NCBI GenBank assembly: GCA_951406725.2
Contig: OX597834.1
Span: 3,410,001-3,474,000, forward strand
DNA from: Octopus vulgaris
Taxonomy: Eukaryota
Reading direction: 5' to 3'
Length of the DNA stretch: 64,000 nt
The translations under genes were made by a program, and so were the position numbers. Below are positions 1 to 10,714 of this stretch, in pieces; position 1 is the stretch's first letter; every line of letters starts with the position of its first letter. The notes beneath the pieces were generated by a model that had not been told where the DNA came from, did no database searches, and saw only the letters and a program-made list of their open reading frames with translations.

Positions 1-1191
1 AGACACCCATTTGCCTGAAAGCGATTTAGAGAGAAAAAGTCGGGTCGCGTGAATTTTCACAAACTCCCTTCCTCTCTCTCTTGGAAAATTCTTTGCAACA
101 AATCCTTATATATTCTGAAGTAACAGCATCTAAGCGGGATTTGTTGAAAGTTTCGTGAAAAATGAATCCATTTCTCTGTAAGTAATGAGGCAACAAAATA
201 GCCGAGTGGATACACATCTGTAGTTATGCCGAGGAATCTGCAACTCTCTCACAGATATTACAGTATTTGTTGTTTGCAAAAAACAAAACACTAGACATTC
301 TTTCGAATGCCAAACACGAATTGAAATACAGTGGAATGGAAGAGCTCGGCATTTCCAACGGAAGTTCGGGGAATGTTTTATTAGCAATCTTTGCATTAAG
401 ATATGAGGGGGGGGGGGATAACGATAATTGAAAAGGAGTGTGGAAAGGAAAACAGTGAAAGTATTAAGAGAACAATTAATGAATGTCAGTTAAAGCAAGT
501 TTTTCAACTCACTTCGGTTGGCGATGTGACGACAGCCGACCGGATTAGGATTAAGACCGGATTAGGATTAAGACCGGATTAGGATTAAGACAACATCGTT
601 ACTCGAGTAAATTCTCTTCTCTTTCTTTCCTTAATCTTTGAACAGATCAAAGCAAAGAGACATGCTAGGACAAATGACACGACCTATACAATGTAGATGC
701 TGTCTCTATTAATAATACTTACACATTGATTGTCGTAAATCAATTGAAAAGAAGGATTTTTCTTCTTCTTCTTCGATTCAAACTTGATTCTTTCCGCCGT
801 TTTAACCGGTGATCGTGCATGGCCAACACTAAGGCGAAGCTGGTCTCGATATTGCGCCGCAATGTCGTACTTAATACAAAATACGATTTCCTTACTGTCC
901 TTTGCAGAAAAGAATTAATAGGAATATGTTATAGAGAATAAAAATGTCTCTAAAAAAGTTTCACAGATTTCAAGTTTCATAATTTCTTCCCAGTCAGAAA
1001 ACAGAATTTATATAAAGGGAGGGCGAAAGCAATTGGCCGGATGTTGCTGTTGAGAAATTACTGCAAACCGGAAGTCCCTTCACAACAGAACAGCTCCCTA
1101 ATTAGCACGCAGAGAAGCACGTTTGTTCGTTGTCAGTAATTTGCCAGGACTCTACACATAGCTCCCCCACACACACCCCAGGACTCTTGAC
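1..1191 (-). repeat. Inverted paralogue of the ZNF1 5' region (LTR relic, candidate first exon, intron start); probable 5' end of an off-window minus-strand ZNF gene
   Basis: 1-~1030 is a near-identical reverse complement of ~5145-6147 and 1030-1191 a more diverged one of 4979-5145. The same spurious ORF MQRLLIKHSPN occurs at 130-396(-), 5752-6018(+) and 23619-23885(-). Donor-like GTAAGT on minus at 722. Confidence 0.85.
540..590. repeat. 17-bp tandem repeat (CCGGATTAGGATTAAGA)x3
   Basis: Three exact units here, two in the paralogue at ~5580-5613 and one at ~24030-24046. Confidence 0.9.
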
Positions 1192-1690
1192 GGGTCTTTG
1201 CCTTTCGATCGGCTGGTCGATAAATTATTTTTTTGTAACTAAACACTTTCAAACTTCGGCCACTGGTAGACTGTGTCATATAGAACATCTTTTACTCTTA
1301 GCTTTGTTGAGAAAAGATCCTATTTAGGAAGTTATTTCGTGTTAAAGTTGTCGTATTTCGGTAATTTCAACCAATCAATGACGTGTATTCAGCTGAATTG
1401 CTGTTGTTTGTCAACAACACCTATCGGCGGAGTATATTTCCTTTGTCTCTGTTATTTATGAAATCGTTCGTGCGTCTGTACTGATTTTAGATTTAGGGTT
1501 ACGGCAAAAGTGAAAAACGAAGAAATTAGGGTTAGAGTTAGGGGTAAAGTGGGGCAAAAGTTTCGAGTTTCCGAATTTTGGGAATTTTCGGAAATCTCCG
1601 TATCCGAAAAGCTTGGTTTTTTGGCAAAAATATATATATATATGTATAAAAAAAAACAATCATTTGTCTTTCCGAAAAACAGGGAAAAAA
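1192..1690 (+). mobile_element. One arm of a GGATC-terminated foldback/long-TIR DNA element
   Basis: Shares ...aactaaacactttcaaactt...ctggtaga.tgtgtca...ttcaaccaatca.tgacg with the complete foldback at 62293-62917 and the arm at 12389; carries TTAGGG-like motifs. Right boundary approximate. Confidence 0.7.
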
Positions 1691-2654
1691 ACAGTACTGG
1701 ATGAGGACGTAGTATCAAGGGTGCTAGACATCTTAACCCAACTGCCGGCTATGCACAAATACGCCACGTTAAGAGATAGCCTCGTAGACACGTTCCGGCC
1801 GAACGACAGGGAAGCGGTGGCCAAGATACTTGAAGAATTAGGCCATTTCAAGCCTTCGGAGCTGATGGACAAGTTGCAGGTATTAGTCGACCCCAGCCTC
1901 CAGCTCATCATCCTGCTGAGTCACCTTTCATTTTGTTTACGGAGATATTCCTCCGCAAATTACCACTCCAGGGCTAGGCCATCATAACTCAGACCAAGAT
2001 TAAGGACTTACGGCAATTAACGAAGGCAGTTGAGAAACTTTTTTCTATCCACTGCTGTTATGGTCAACACCATAGGATCGGTTCCGAGACATGGTAGAGT
2101 TAAGGAAGATGATCTCTGTTTCTACCACACAAAGTTTCGGGAAAAGCCATCAGTTGTAAACATTCATGTAACTTGAAGATCAGTTGGCCATCAGCCCCAG
2201 GGAAACGCCATTGAATACCTCCGTGACTGGCAAACACGATCAACTGTTCCTGTATATCCACAATCGGAGCTCTGGATGGGGGTTCCTAATCGACAGAGGA
2301 GCAGAAATTAGATTCATCCCAGCAACGAGATAGGACTTCGTTACGAAAAGCTAGGCCAAGCTTTAACGGCTGCCAAAGGTCCCACAATCGAGGCGTTCGA
2401 TCGCCGTATCGTTTCTCTTCACTTTGGCTCCCAAGCATACTTATGGCCATTCACTGTTACTGATGTCCACCAGCCCATCATCGAAACCGATTTTCTTCTG
2501 GCACACTCACTGCTGGTTGATCTTCCGGGGAGACAACTTGTCAACAGCAACACATACGCTTCCGTGTCTCTTGCAACATCTGCACATGCCGCCCCACGCA
2601 TAGCAACCATCGCTCAGACCAAGAACGAATTTTTGAATCTTTGTGCGAGCTGCC

Positions 2655-2872
2655 TGTTACACATTGATATGTATGTGTTTGCGTATGCCAAACCACATCC
2701 CCACTCTTGGCACTATTTGTTAGTGAACAGTACAAACTGTGTGTAAAGTATATAATGTATTACTACGCTTAATGTCGACGTCCGTGTAACAGATAATGAA
2801 AATAAACACGTAAATATAACAATGGTTTTCATTTGGTTGTCTTTCCCATTAGAACCCAAACTACGCATAACA
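2655..2872 (+). mobile_element. Solo LTR (218 bp) inserted in Gypsy pol
   Basis: TGTTA...TAACA termini; perfect 5-bp TSD CTGCC (2650-2654 and 2873-2877); internal TATATAA ~2749 and AATAAA ~2801. Confidence 0.8.
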
Positions 2873-3617
2873 CTGCCCATGTCGCACTGCCCCGACATCT
2901 CCAAACCTACAGAAACGGGGTGAGGCACCACATCCCCACCACCGGCTCCCCAATGCAAAGCCACACGCGACGGCTAACACCATACAAAGTTGCTATTGCA
3001 AAAGCCGAGTTTGAAAACAATGAGGTGTTGGGCATTGTCTACCGAGCGAACAGTCCTTTGTAAGTAACACCGTAATCCAACGAAAGGTTGCCCACTTGCA
3101 GAGGTTACCGCCATCTCAGCGCAAACACGACCCCCTAACGCTACCCCATTCCGGCCATACGGGAGTTCTCAACCTAGCTAGCTGAGTGCTCGGTTTTCTC
3201 GAAGTTACCACCAGTTGCCGGAACGAGACAAATATGTACCTAAAACCCTGCAAGAATTCATTCGGGCAATAGGAATTCCTACGTAACCCTTCGGCCTAAA
3301 AAGCGCGGCACAGTCCTTCCAACACTTGATAGACACCGTGTGAACGGATCTTGATTTTGTCGTTGCGTACCTTGATGACATCCTTATCGGAAGACAAAGT
3401 GTGGAACTACATAATAAGCACCCACTGACCATTTTTGATTGAGGAGTATGGTTTGGTGATCAACATAGCTAATCTGTTTTTGGTGTTACAGAAGTCGACA
3501 CTCTGAGACATCGAAACACAAGTGCTACTGGTACAGCACTGCTTGAGACAGTGAAAGCCATCTTATCCTTTCCACGTCCCCCAACAAGCAAGGCTCTGCA
3601 CAAATTTATGGCTATGA

Positions 3618-4167
3618 CTAGCAGCATAGCCCGGCGTTGCCCGGGTATGTAAGAGCCACTAGTAAGCAACGACTAATCCTAATCTAGTCCTTTCCCTCTA
3701 GGGAACGAAGGCGCATGTGTAGGTTGCATTGTCTTCTCTTCACTCGAATGCTTCTGTGTATACAATGTTCCTAGCTGTCCCTTTGGGCGAAAACATGAAA
3801 ACATCGTTGCGCCTCCCAACGCGTGAACAGCCCACGTAGAATTGACCGTGGGCGAAGCACTATTCGCCGAAATGTAACCCAGCGACTTGTAGCGTTTGGC
3901 CTTGGGATTTATTGATGGACATTGCGAAGCAGAGTTTAACAGAAAATGTGTTGCATATAAAAAGCTTAGATTCTCGACCCCATGTAGAATTTATCGATTT
4001 TTTCCAGAACTGGGGGAACTTTTCAAAATTTTCCCTGCGTTAGTTTTGAATTATGACATTGGGCTATGTGTGTATCAAGTTTCACCAGAATCGGTTGAAA
4101 GCCGTGGTCAGGGTGAGGATACAACCTGACAGACACACAGACAGACAAACTGCCGTTTATATAGAGA
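3618..4167 (-). mobile_element. Non-autonomous Helitron (550 bp) with both termini and a PIF1-helicase C-terminal remnant
   Basis: Minus strand begins TC (4167) and ends CTAG (3618), with hairpin CCCGG-n6-CCGGG at 3630-3645; inserted between A and T with no TSD. 3740-3945 reads FAMSINK/SQGQTL..HGQFYVGCSRVG..RNIVYTEAF. Excision restores Gypsy RT LHKFMAMINIYH. Confidence 0.92.
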
Positions 4168-5003
4168 TAAACATTTATCATTGATTCATCTCCTCCACAA
4201 CAAGAGTGATGCGACCCTAACCGTATACAAGGCAATGTCATTCCAAAAGACGGGTGGTGTGGGATAGTGCAATGACCTAAGCCTTTGAGTCCATAAGACG
4301 AGCCCTTGCGAAGGTGACCCAGCTGTCCCATCTTCATATGTCATCATGGACTGCACTCGCAGTCCACACAACCGATACAGCTTCTGCGGGCACTTTGGAA
4401 CAACACATCAATGCTCAGTGGCAATTTCTAGCCTTTCTTCAGTCGACAACAACGACCACCTGGACAGGAATAGAGTGTCTTTTGTCATAGAACTGCTGGC
4501 TGTTCATCGAGATGTCTCCCACTTCCTCTACTTTCTCGAAGGTCACACTTTCAGTGCTTGCAGACCACAGACCACTCACCTCCACCATGGGTAAATGCTC
4601 AGAGCCTTTGTTTGCATGTCAGCTGTGTCAGTTATCAGCCGTTTCTGCATACACCACAAATATTCAATGCATGACTGGAAAAGACATGCCAGCCTCCGAC
4701 GAACTCTCTCGAACCCCTGCCTGCACTGGCAACTACACAGCGTCAATAACACAAGGCCTGGTTTACGAGGCTATGGCTGTAGCCCAATAGACAGACGACG
4801 AGTTCAGGGCATACCACATTGCCATCACCTCACTTTCTTCGCAGGATGTGCACTTTGGCTTGAAACCACAACCCTCCTCTCTGATATATCTCCTGGAAAG
4901 CCACAACAAGGTCTGCCCTAGCCGAATAACCACACACAGGGGCAAGGCGGTTAAAAGCCCTTCACGCTTCCAATAATAGTCAACAGTTCTGGGGTTGGGG
5001 ATC

Positions 5004-5170
5004 TATAAGTAGAGTCCTTGCAAATTACAGACAACGATCGAACTGCAGACAGGAACTTCCCTGCGGACTGACTATTCAGCTGTTCTGCAGTGAAGGGACT
5101 TCCGATTTGGAGGAATTCCTCTAAGACACCGCCCGGCCGATACCTCGCCCTCACTTTATATAAATTCTGT
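5004..5170 (+). promoter_or_regulatory. Probable Gypsy 3' LTR (U3) relic with TATA box upstream of the ZNF1 first exon
   Basis: Directly follows the pol end and G-rich PPT. The paralogue reads GGGGGAGCTA|TGT on minus at 1158. TATATAAA at 5157-5164. A related remnant lies upstream of ZNF2 at ~24540-24620. Confidence 0.5.
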
Positions 5171-5447
5171 TTTCTGATGGGAAGAAATTATGAAACTCTA
5201 AATCTGTGAAACTTTTTTAGAAACTTTTTTTTTCTCTAGAAAACATTCCTATTAATTCTTTTCTGCAAAGGACAGTAAGGAAATCGTATTTTGTATTAAG
5301 TACGACATTGCGGCGCAATATCGAGACCAGCTTCGCCTTAGTGTTGGCCATGCACGATCACCGGTTAAAACGGCGGAAAGAATCAAGTTTGAATCGAAGA
5401 AGAAGAAGAAAAATCCTTCTTTTCAATTGATTTACGACAATCAATGT

Positions 5448-6766
5448 GTAAGTATTATTAATAGAGACAGCATCTACATTGTATAGGTCGTGTCATTTGT
5501 CCTAGCATGTCTCTTTGCTTTGATGTGTTCAAAGATTAAGGAAAGAAAGAGAAGAGAATTTACTCGAGTAACGATGTTGTCTTAATCCTAAACCGGTCTT
5601 AATCCTAATCCGGTCGGCTGTCGTCACATCGCCAACCGAAGTGAGTTGGAAAACTTGCTTTAACTGACATTAATTAATTGTTCTCTTAATACTTTCACTG
5701 TTTTCCTTTCCACACTCCTTTTCAATTATCGTTATCCCCCCTCATATCTTAATGCAAAGATTGCTAATAAAACATTCCCCGAACCTCCGTTGGAAATGCC
5801 GAGCTCTTCCATTCCACTGTATTTCAATTCGTGTTTGGCATTCGAAAGAATGTCTAGTGTTTTGTTTTTTGAAAACAACAAATACTGTAATATCTGTGAG
5901 AGAGTTGCAGATTCCTCGGCATAACTACAGATGTGTATCCACTCGGCTACTTTGTTGCCTCATAACTTACAGAGAAATGGATTCATTTTTCACGAAATTT
6001 TCAACAAATCCCGCTTAGATGCTGTTACTTCAGAATAAATAAGGATTTGTTGCAAAGAATTTTCCAAGAGAGAGGGGAATGGAGTTTGTGAAAATTCACG
6101 CGACCCGACTTTTTCCCTCTAAATCGCTTTCAGGCAAATGGGTGTCTTTTACTGAATGTTCATAGAAATAGCTATCAAACGGCATAGATTATGATTATAA
6201 AGAAATTTGTGGGGAAAATGATTTCCGAAGGGGTGAGGAGAGGAGTTTGGAAAAACCGGTGTTTCTGATAAGGAAGACAACATCAATTGTAATTTCTCTG
6301 TCTTCACTCTCACACGCTTTGATATTGATTCAGTATTTTTCTCCCATTAAACTCATTTTATGGAATGATGATGTCGAAGTAACACACGTGTGGTTCATTG
6401 GTGCTGTATACGCAACAATAGAAATAAAAATGGATATTTAAATTGTTATGCCCACTGCAGTCAAGCGAGGCCATGTGTGTATGTGTAAGAAAAAAATCTA
6501 TGCCTTGTGAAAGATATTTGTATAAACTTTAAGTAAATGATTCCCGTTTTCCTGAAAATTATGATGGGGAAAATGTTGGATAGTGTGAATTTTCCGAAAC
6601 TCCTTACAAAATCTTCTTTGAAGCAAATTCCTTAATACTCTAAATCTACAGTTTCTAAGCGAGTTTTGTTGAAAATTCCGTTAAAGTGTATCCATTTGTG
6701 TGGAAGGTATGAGGCGACAAATTTGGCAGGTGTAGATCTTTAACATTTTGTTCTCTTTTATTTCAG
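5448..6766 (+). other. Predicted 5'-UTR intron of ZNF1
   Basis: Donor GTAAGT at 5448, conserved at 722, 24178, 32021, 38502, 44444 and 50911 on minus. Acceptor ttctcttttatttcAG ending at 6766, conserved at 21793, 31106 and 57174 on minus. Additional small exons cannot be excluded. Confidence 0.55.
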
Positions 6767-7131
6767 ATGATATTGCCATAAAAGAAATATTTACCTGAGA
6801 TCCATCAATATTTATCATCTTTTCAAGAGAGACAGAAGATGTCAAACACAACAGATATGAACCCACATCATATAAATCCATGGTAGAATTACTGTGAAAT
6901 ATTGGCTCTGAATAGAATTTGTATACAAATTGCTCTCAAACTCACAGACTGGAATTTGTATTGTAATGATTTGGTATTGAAATAAAAGCTAAATTACAAA
7001 GGAATTTGCAGCATCTTCGAATATTGACAAAAATCCCAGTTGATAGAAATATAGCCAAAGAAATCGGAATAAAATATATAAATAAAGTGAAGAAGAACTT
7101 TTATATTTACTGTGGTGAGAGAGAAAGAAGA

Positions 7132-8073
7132 ATGGAAGACGAATTGTGTGAGAGAAAGATTAAATGTGAAGCAGAGTCTCAAATTATTGATTTCCCTGAG
7201 GATATAAAGGAAGAGAAAGAAAAGACATACTATCAGTGTGATATCTGTAAGAAGACATTCTCTCTAAAGTGTAACTTAACTACTCACAAGCGCGTTCATA
7301 CAGGAGAAAAACCTTTTCAGTGTGATATCTGTAATAAATCATTCTCTCTTAAATGTACATTAAGATCTCACATACGCATTCATACGGGAGAGAAACCATA
7401 TCAGTGTGATGTATGTGATAAATCATTTATACAAATAGGTAACTTAACTGCTCACATGCGTATTCATACAGGAGAGAAAAAATATCACTGTGATATCTGT
7501 AATAAGTCATTCTCTTCACCTAATTTCATAACTAAACATAAACGTGTTCACACAGGAGAGAAACCATTCGAGTGCGATGTGTGTGGTAAATCGTTTTCTT
7601 CAAATCCACACTTGACTACTCACAAACGTATTCATACTGGAGATAAACCACATCGCTGTGATGTCTGTGGAAAATCCTTCGCTCAAAACAGCCACTTAAC
7701 TGCTCACAAACGTACTCATACAGGAGAGAAACCATTTCAATGTAATGTCTGCAGTAAATCATTTCCTCAAAATAGTGAATTAACTTGTCATATACGTACT
7801 CATACAGGAGAGAAACCTCATCAATGTGATATCTGTAGTAAATCATTCTCCGAAAAGCGTCAGTTAACTACTCACAAACGCATTCATACAGGAGAGAAAC
7901 CATATCAGTGTGATGTATGTGATAAATCATTTATACAATTAGGTAACTTAACTACTCACAAACGTGTTCATACAGGAGAGAAAACATATCAGTGTGATAT
8001 TTGTGATAAATCATTCTCTCAAAAGTCTAACTTAACTACTCACAAACACATTCATACAGGAGAGAAACCATAG
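7132..8073 (+). CDS. C2H2 zinc-finger protein ZNF1 (10 fingers before TAG)
   Basis: First ATG at 7132 (MEDELCERK; the track start at 7006 is TTG); 10 CxxC-x12-HxxxH units with TGEKP linkers. Confidence 0.9.
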   Translation: MEDELCERKIKCEAESQIIDFPEDIKEEKEKTYYQCDICKKTFSLKCNLTTHKRVHTGEKPFQCDICNKSFSLKCTLRSHIRIHTGEKPYQCDVCDKSFIQIGNLTAHMRIHTGEKKYHCDICNKSFSSPNFITKHKRVHTGEKPFECDVCGKSFSSNPHLTTHKRIHTGDKPHRCDVCGKSFAQNSHLTAHKRTHTGEKPFQCNVCSKSFPQNSELTCHIRTHTGEKPHQCDICSKSFSEKRQLTTHKRIHTGEKPYQCDVCDKSFIQLGNLTTHKRVHTGEKTYQCDICDKSFSQKSNLTTHKHIHTGEKP

Positions 8074-8736
8074 CAGTGTGAGATCTGTGGTAAAGCATTT
8101 TACAAATATGGAAATTTCTGTAGGCACAAACATATTCATTCAGGAGAAAAGCCATATCACTGTGATATCTGTGGAAGATTATTCTCTGATTGTTCTAGCT
8201 TATCTAGACACAAACATATTCATACAAAGGAGAGGCCATATCATTGTGACATCTGTGGTAAATCGTTTCCTGCAACAAAAATCTTAAATCTACACAAACG
8301 TGCTCATAGAGAGAAATTGCATCAATGTCCTATCTGTAAGAAATCATTCCCTTCACCTAGTTTCATAACTAAACATAAACGTACTCATACAAGAGAGAAA
8401 CCATACGAGTGCGATGTGTGTGCTAAATCGTTTTCTGTGAAGCATCACTTAACTACACATACACGTATTCATACTGGAGATAAACCACATCGCTATGATG
8501 TCTGTGGAAAATTCTTTGCTCAAAACAGCCACTTAACTGCTCACAAACGTACTCATACAGGAGAGAAACCATTTCAGTGTGACATCTGCAGTAAATCATT
8601 TCCTCAAAATAGTGAATTAACTATTCATAAACGTTCTCACACAGGAGAGAAGCCATATCTCTGTGACATATGTGGTAAATCATTCCCCCAGAAAAGCCAC
8701 TTAACTAAACACGTAGGTATTCATACATCAGAGTAA
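8074..8736 (+). pseudogene. In-frame continuation of ZNF1: 8 further fingers after a single TAG
   Basis: No other stop from 8074 to TAA at 8734-8736; collinear with fingers 6-13 of ZNF2. One finger has Cys>Tyr and one linker lacks a residue. Confidence 0.85.
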
Positions 8737-9139
8737 TGAGCTCATTATCAAAACTGAGCTTAGGATAAATGCTGTGCAGGATATAGAATATTTTCTCATG
8801 ATGATCAAATGAATTTTTCCCACTTTTTCAGTTTCTTCAGTGAATAATCTTCTGAAGACTTCCTAATATTCAGAAAACTTACTGTAGAAACAAACAAGAA
8901 AAGACAAATTTACTCATCAAAACTTGGAAACAACACATTTACTGCATTGTGTTTATCAAAACCATCGAAATTCACTGAATAAAAAATTACGCATGATACA
9001 ACCATAAATATATTCTCCTTTCCAAGAAGATATCACATTATATTTTGTATAGTTACATAAATATATCTTTAGTGTGAGGTAACTTTCCTCTGTGATACGT
9101 TTAATAAAGCTTTCTTTCTCCAGATATATCTATATATAT

Positions 9140-10665
9140 CATCCATCTGATATATTTCTGGGGGGAAGAAAGTATACACTTTATTTATTTGACATTATGA
9201 GTAAATTACTGAGACACGTATTCTCTTCAATCTTGTTATAACATCACTTAAAATGTTAGAAATCATAGACTGGTGTCATCATCACCATCATCATCGTTTG
9301 ACATCTGGTTTCCAAGCTGCCTTGGATTCTGCACTCTTTGAGACTCCAACTCTTTCTATTTTCCATTGTTCTGTGTCTGAAGAAGTTTTGAGGATCCTTC
9401 TTGCTCGTTTATACCATTTAGACATTGTAATCATGGCTGGCAAATTCATTCTAACACCAATCCCTTCACACAGTGACCTGGGACAGTAAATGGACACTTA
9501 ACAAAGGTCCAGAATACAGATATACAGCCTAGTCTCCATGTCTGGCAACAGATTAACATCCATTTTGCCCTCCTAGCATCCATGCATGTATCTTCTCTAG
9601 CTCTGTATGTTACCAACCATTTACTGTCGTTTGTCATACCACGTGTGTGGTTCACAATCTGATAGCTTTAGCTTCTGCACGTTTCCCTCCATATGTTACG
9701 TATTCTGGATTCTTCTATACATTGTTTCGTGTATGTTACGTATATCCTGGTTTAAATGTTATTATGGATGTATCCCACCAAGGGACCAATTCTGATGTTG
9801 GTTTTGATTTCTACAGTTCTATCATTTCTTTTATTTCTAGTATGATTCCTCCATGACTTGACGGTTAAACTGAATCTTAATTTGCAAGTATGAATGTAAC
9901 CTTAAACTTGATATAAATGCCAAATGAATGACGTAATTTGTGAATCATCATCATAGTCATCAGTGTTTTAATGTCCATTGTACAAGCTGGTATGGGTTTG
10001 ACATGTCTGTTACACAAGATATCAGCACATTTTCTCACTTGTGAGGCCCAGGATCTTGAGTTCTGACCTCATCATTCTTTGTAAATATTCTTAATTACCT
10101 GAAATTGAAATAAATGTGGTTTTGCTTTTCAATTATTCTCCTGTTATTTGAAATGTAGAACATTTAACCAAAACTTGTCCTGGCACAACCATAATCTACA
10201 GAATTCACAGACTTGATCAATGTCTGATAAAAGTTACACATTTTCCAAACTGATCTTCAAAGCTGTTTACTTTGTATTTATATAATTTGTTGACATTATT
10301 TGATAGTAAATATTAGATATTATAGGTTATGATGAAGTGAATGAGAGATGAACGATAAGATAACTTTATACATTAAATGCTAACGATGGTGGTTATGTAG
10401 TAAAGATGTGATGTAACCAATAGGTTGATGGTAGCCAGGTGAGAGGTAGTCTAAAGAAAATCGATTTCCCAAGCATTGATACTGTTTCAGTCTGATAGCA
10501 TATTGTAGTACAAAGATTCCCATGCGTGACACATTGTTATTTATGATGTCTAGAAGAAACAACAGAGCAACATACAAGTAGCAAATTAGACATTTTTATG
10601 GAAACGGTTATCAAGAAATACTTCGTTTATCCCCTCCAGTCTGTGACCACCACTACAGCAGAACT
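9140..10665. repeat. ZNF 3'-flank duplicon; inverted copy at ~18232-19760, partial direct copy from 27637
   Basis: Near-identical sequence; matching ORF-track entries such as MYVALLFLLD at 10380(-), 18318(+) and 27943(-). Boundaries approximate. Confidence 0.9.
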
Positions 10666-10714
10666 AGTGACTTAGTACGCGACCAACCTTATGTGTGACA
10701 TAAGAACATCCAGA

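Larger units (their letters stand above)
1694..5000 (+). mobile_element. Degenerate Ty3/Gypsy internal region, family A (gag-PR-RT-RNaseH, most of integrase deleted, PPT)
   Basis: Gag-like LDEDVVSRVLDIL..KYATLRDSL..LGHFKPSELMDKL; protease-like FLIDRGAEI ~2283; NGVRHHIPTTGSP..RRL..AKAEF ~2910-3010; RT YLDDILI ~3368; RNase H ELLAVH..HF..FLEG..DHRPL ~4490-4580; G-rich tract 4990-5000. Many stops and frameshifts. Confidence 0.9.

Noticed and set aside
130-396. Short ORFs recurring in several copies (MQRLLIKHS, MYVALLFLL, MAMEHIPSP, MRTVWKG)
   Set aside because: Recurrence reflects recent segmental duplication; they have no recognisable domains, often non-ATG starts, and frame-breaking indels in some copies.
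1613-1987. Domesticated gag gene (two near-identical copies)
   Set aside because: The N-terminal gag part has stops and the frame breaks after KPSELMDKL; identity is explained by recent duplication.
7006-7131. 42-aa N-terminal extension of ZNF1 and ZNF2 in the ORF track
   Set aside because: Starts at TTG; paralogues start at the ME..LCE methionine and the frame is closed further upstream.
7616-7846. Antisense ORFs of the [11 protein letters not shown] type opposite most ZNF genes, and alternative-frame ORFs of the VVNHS type
   Set aside because: By-products of the 84-bp finger periodicity.
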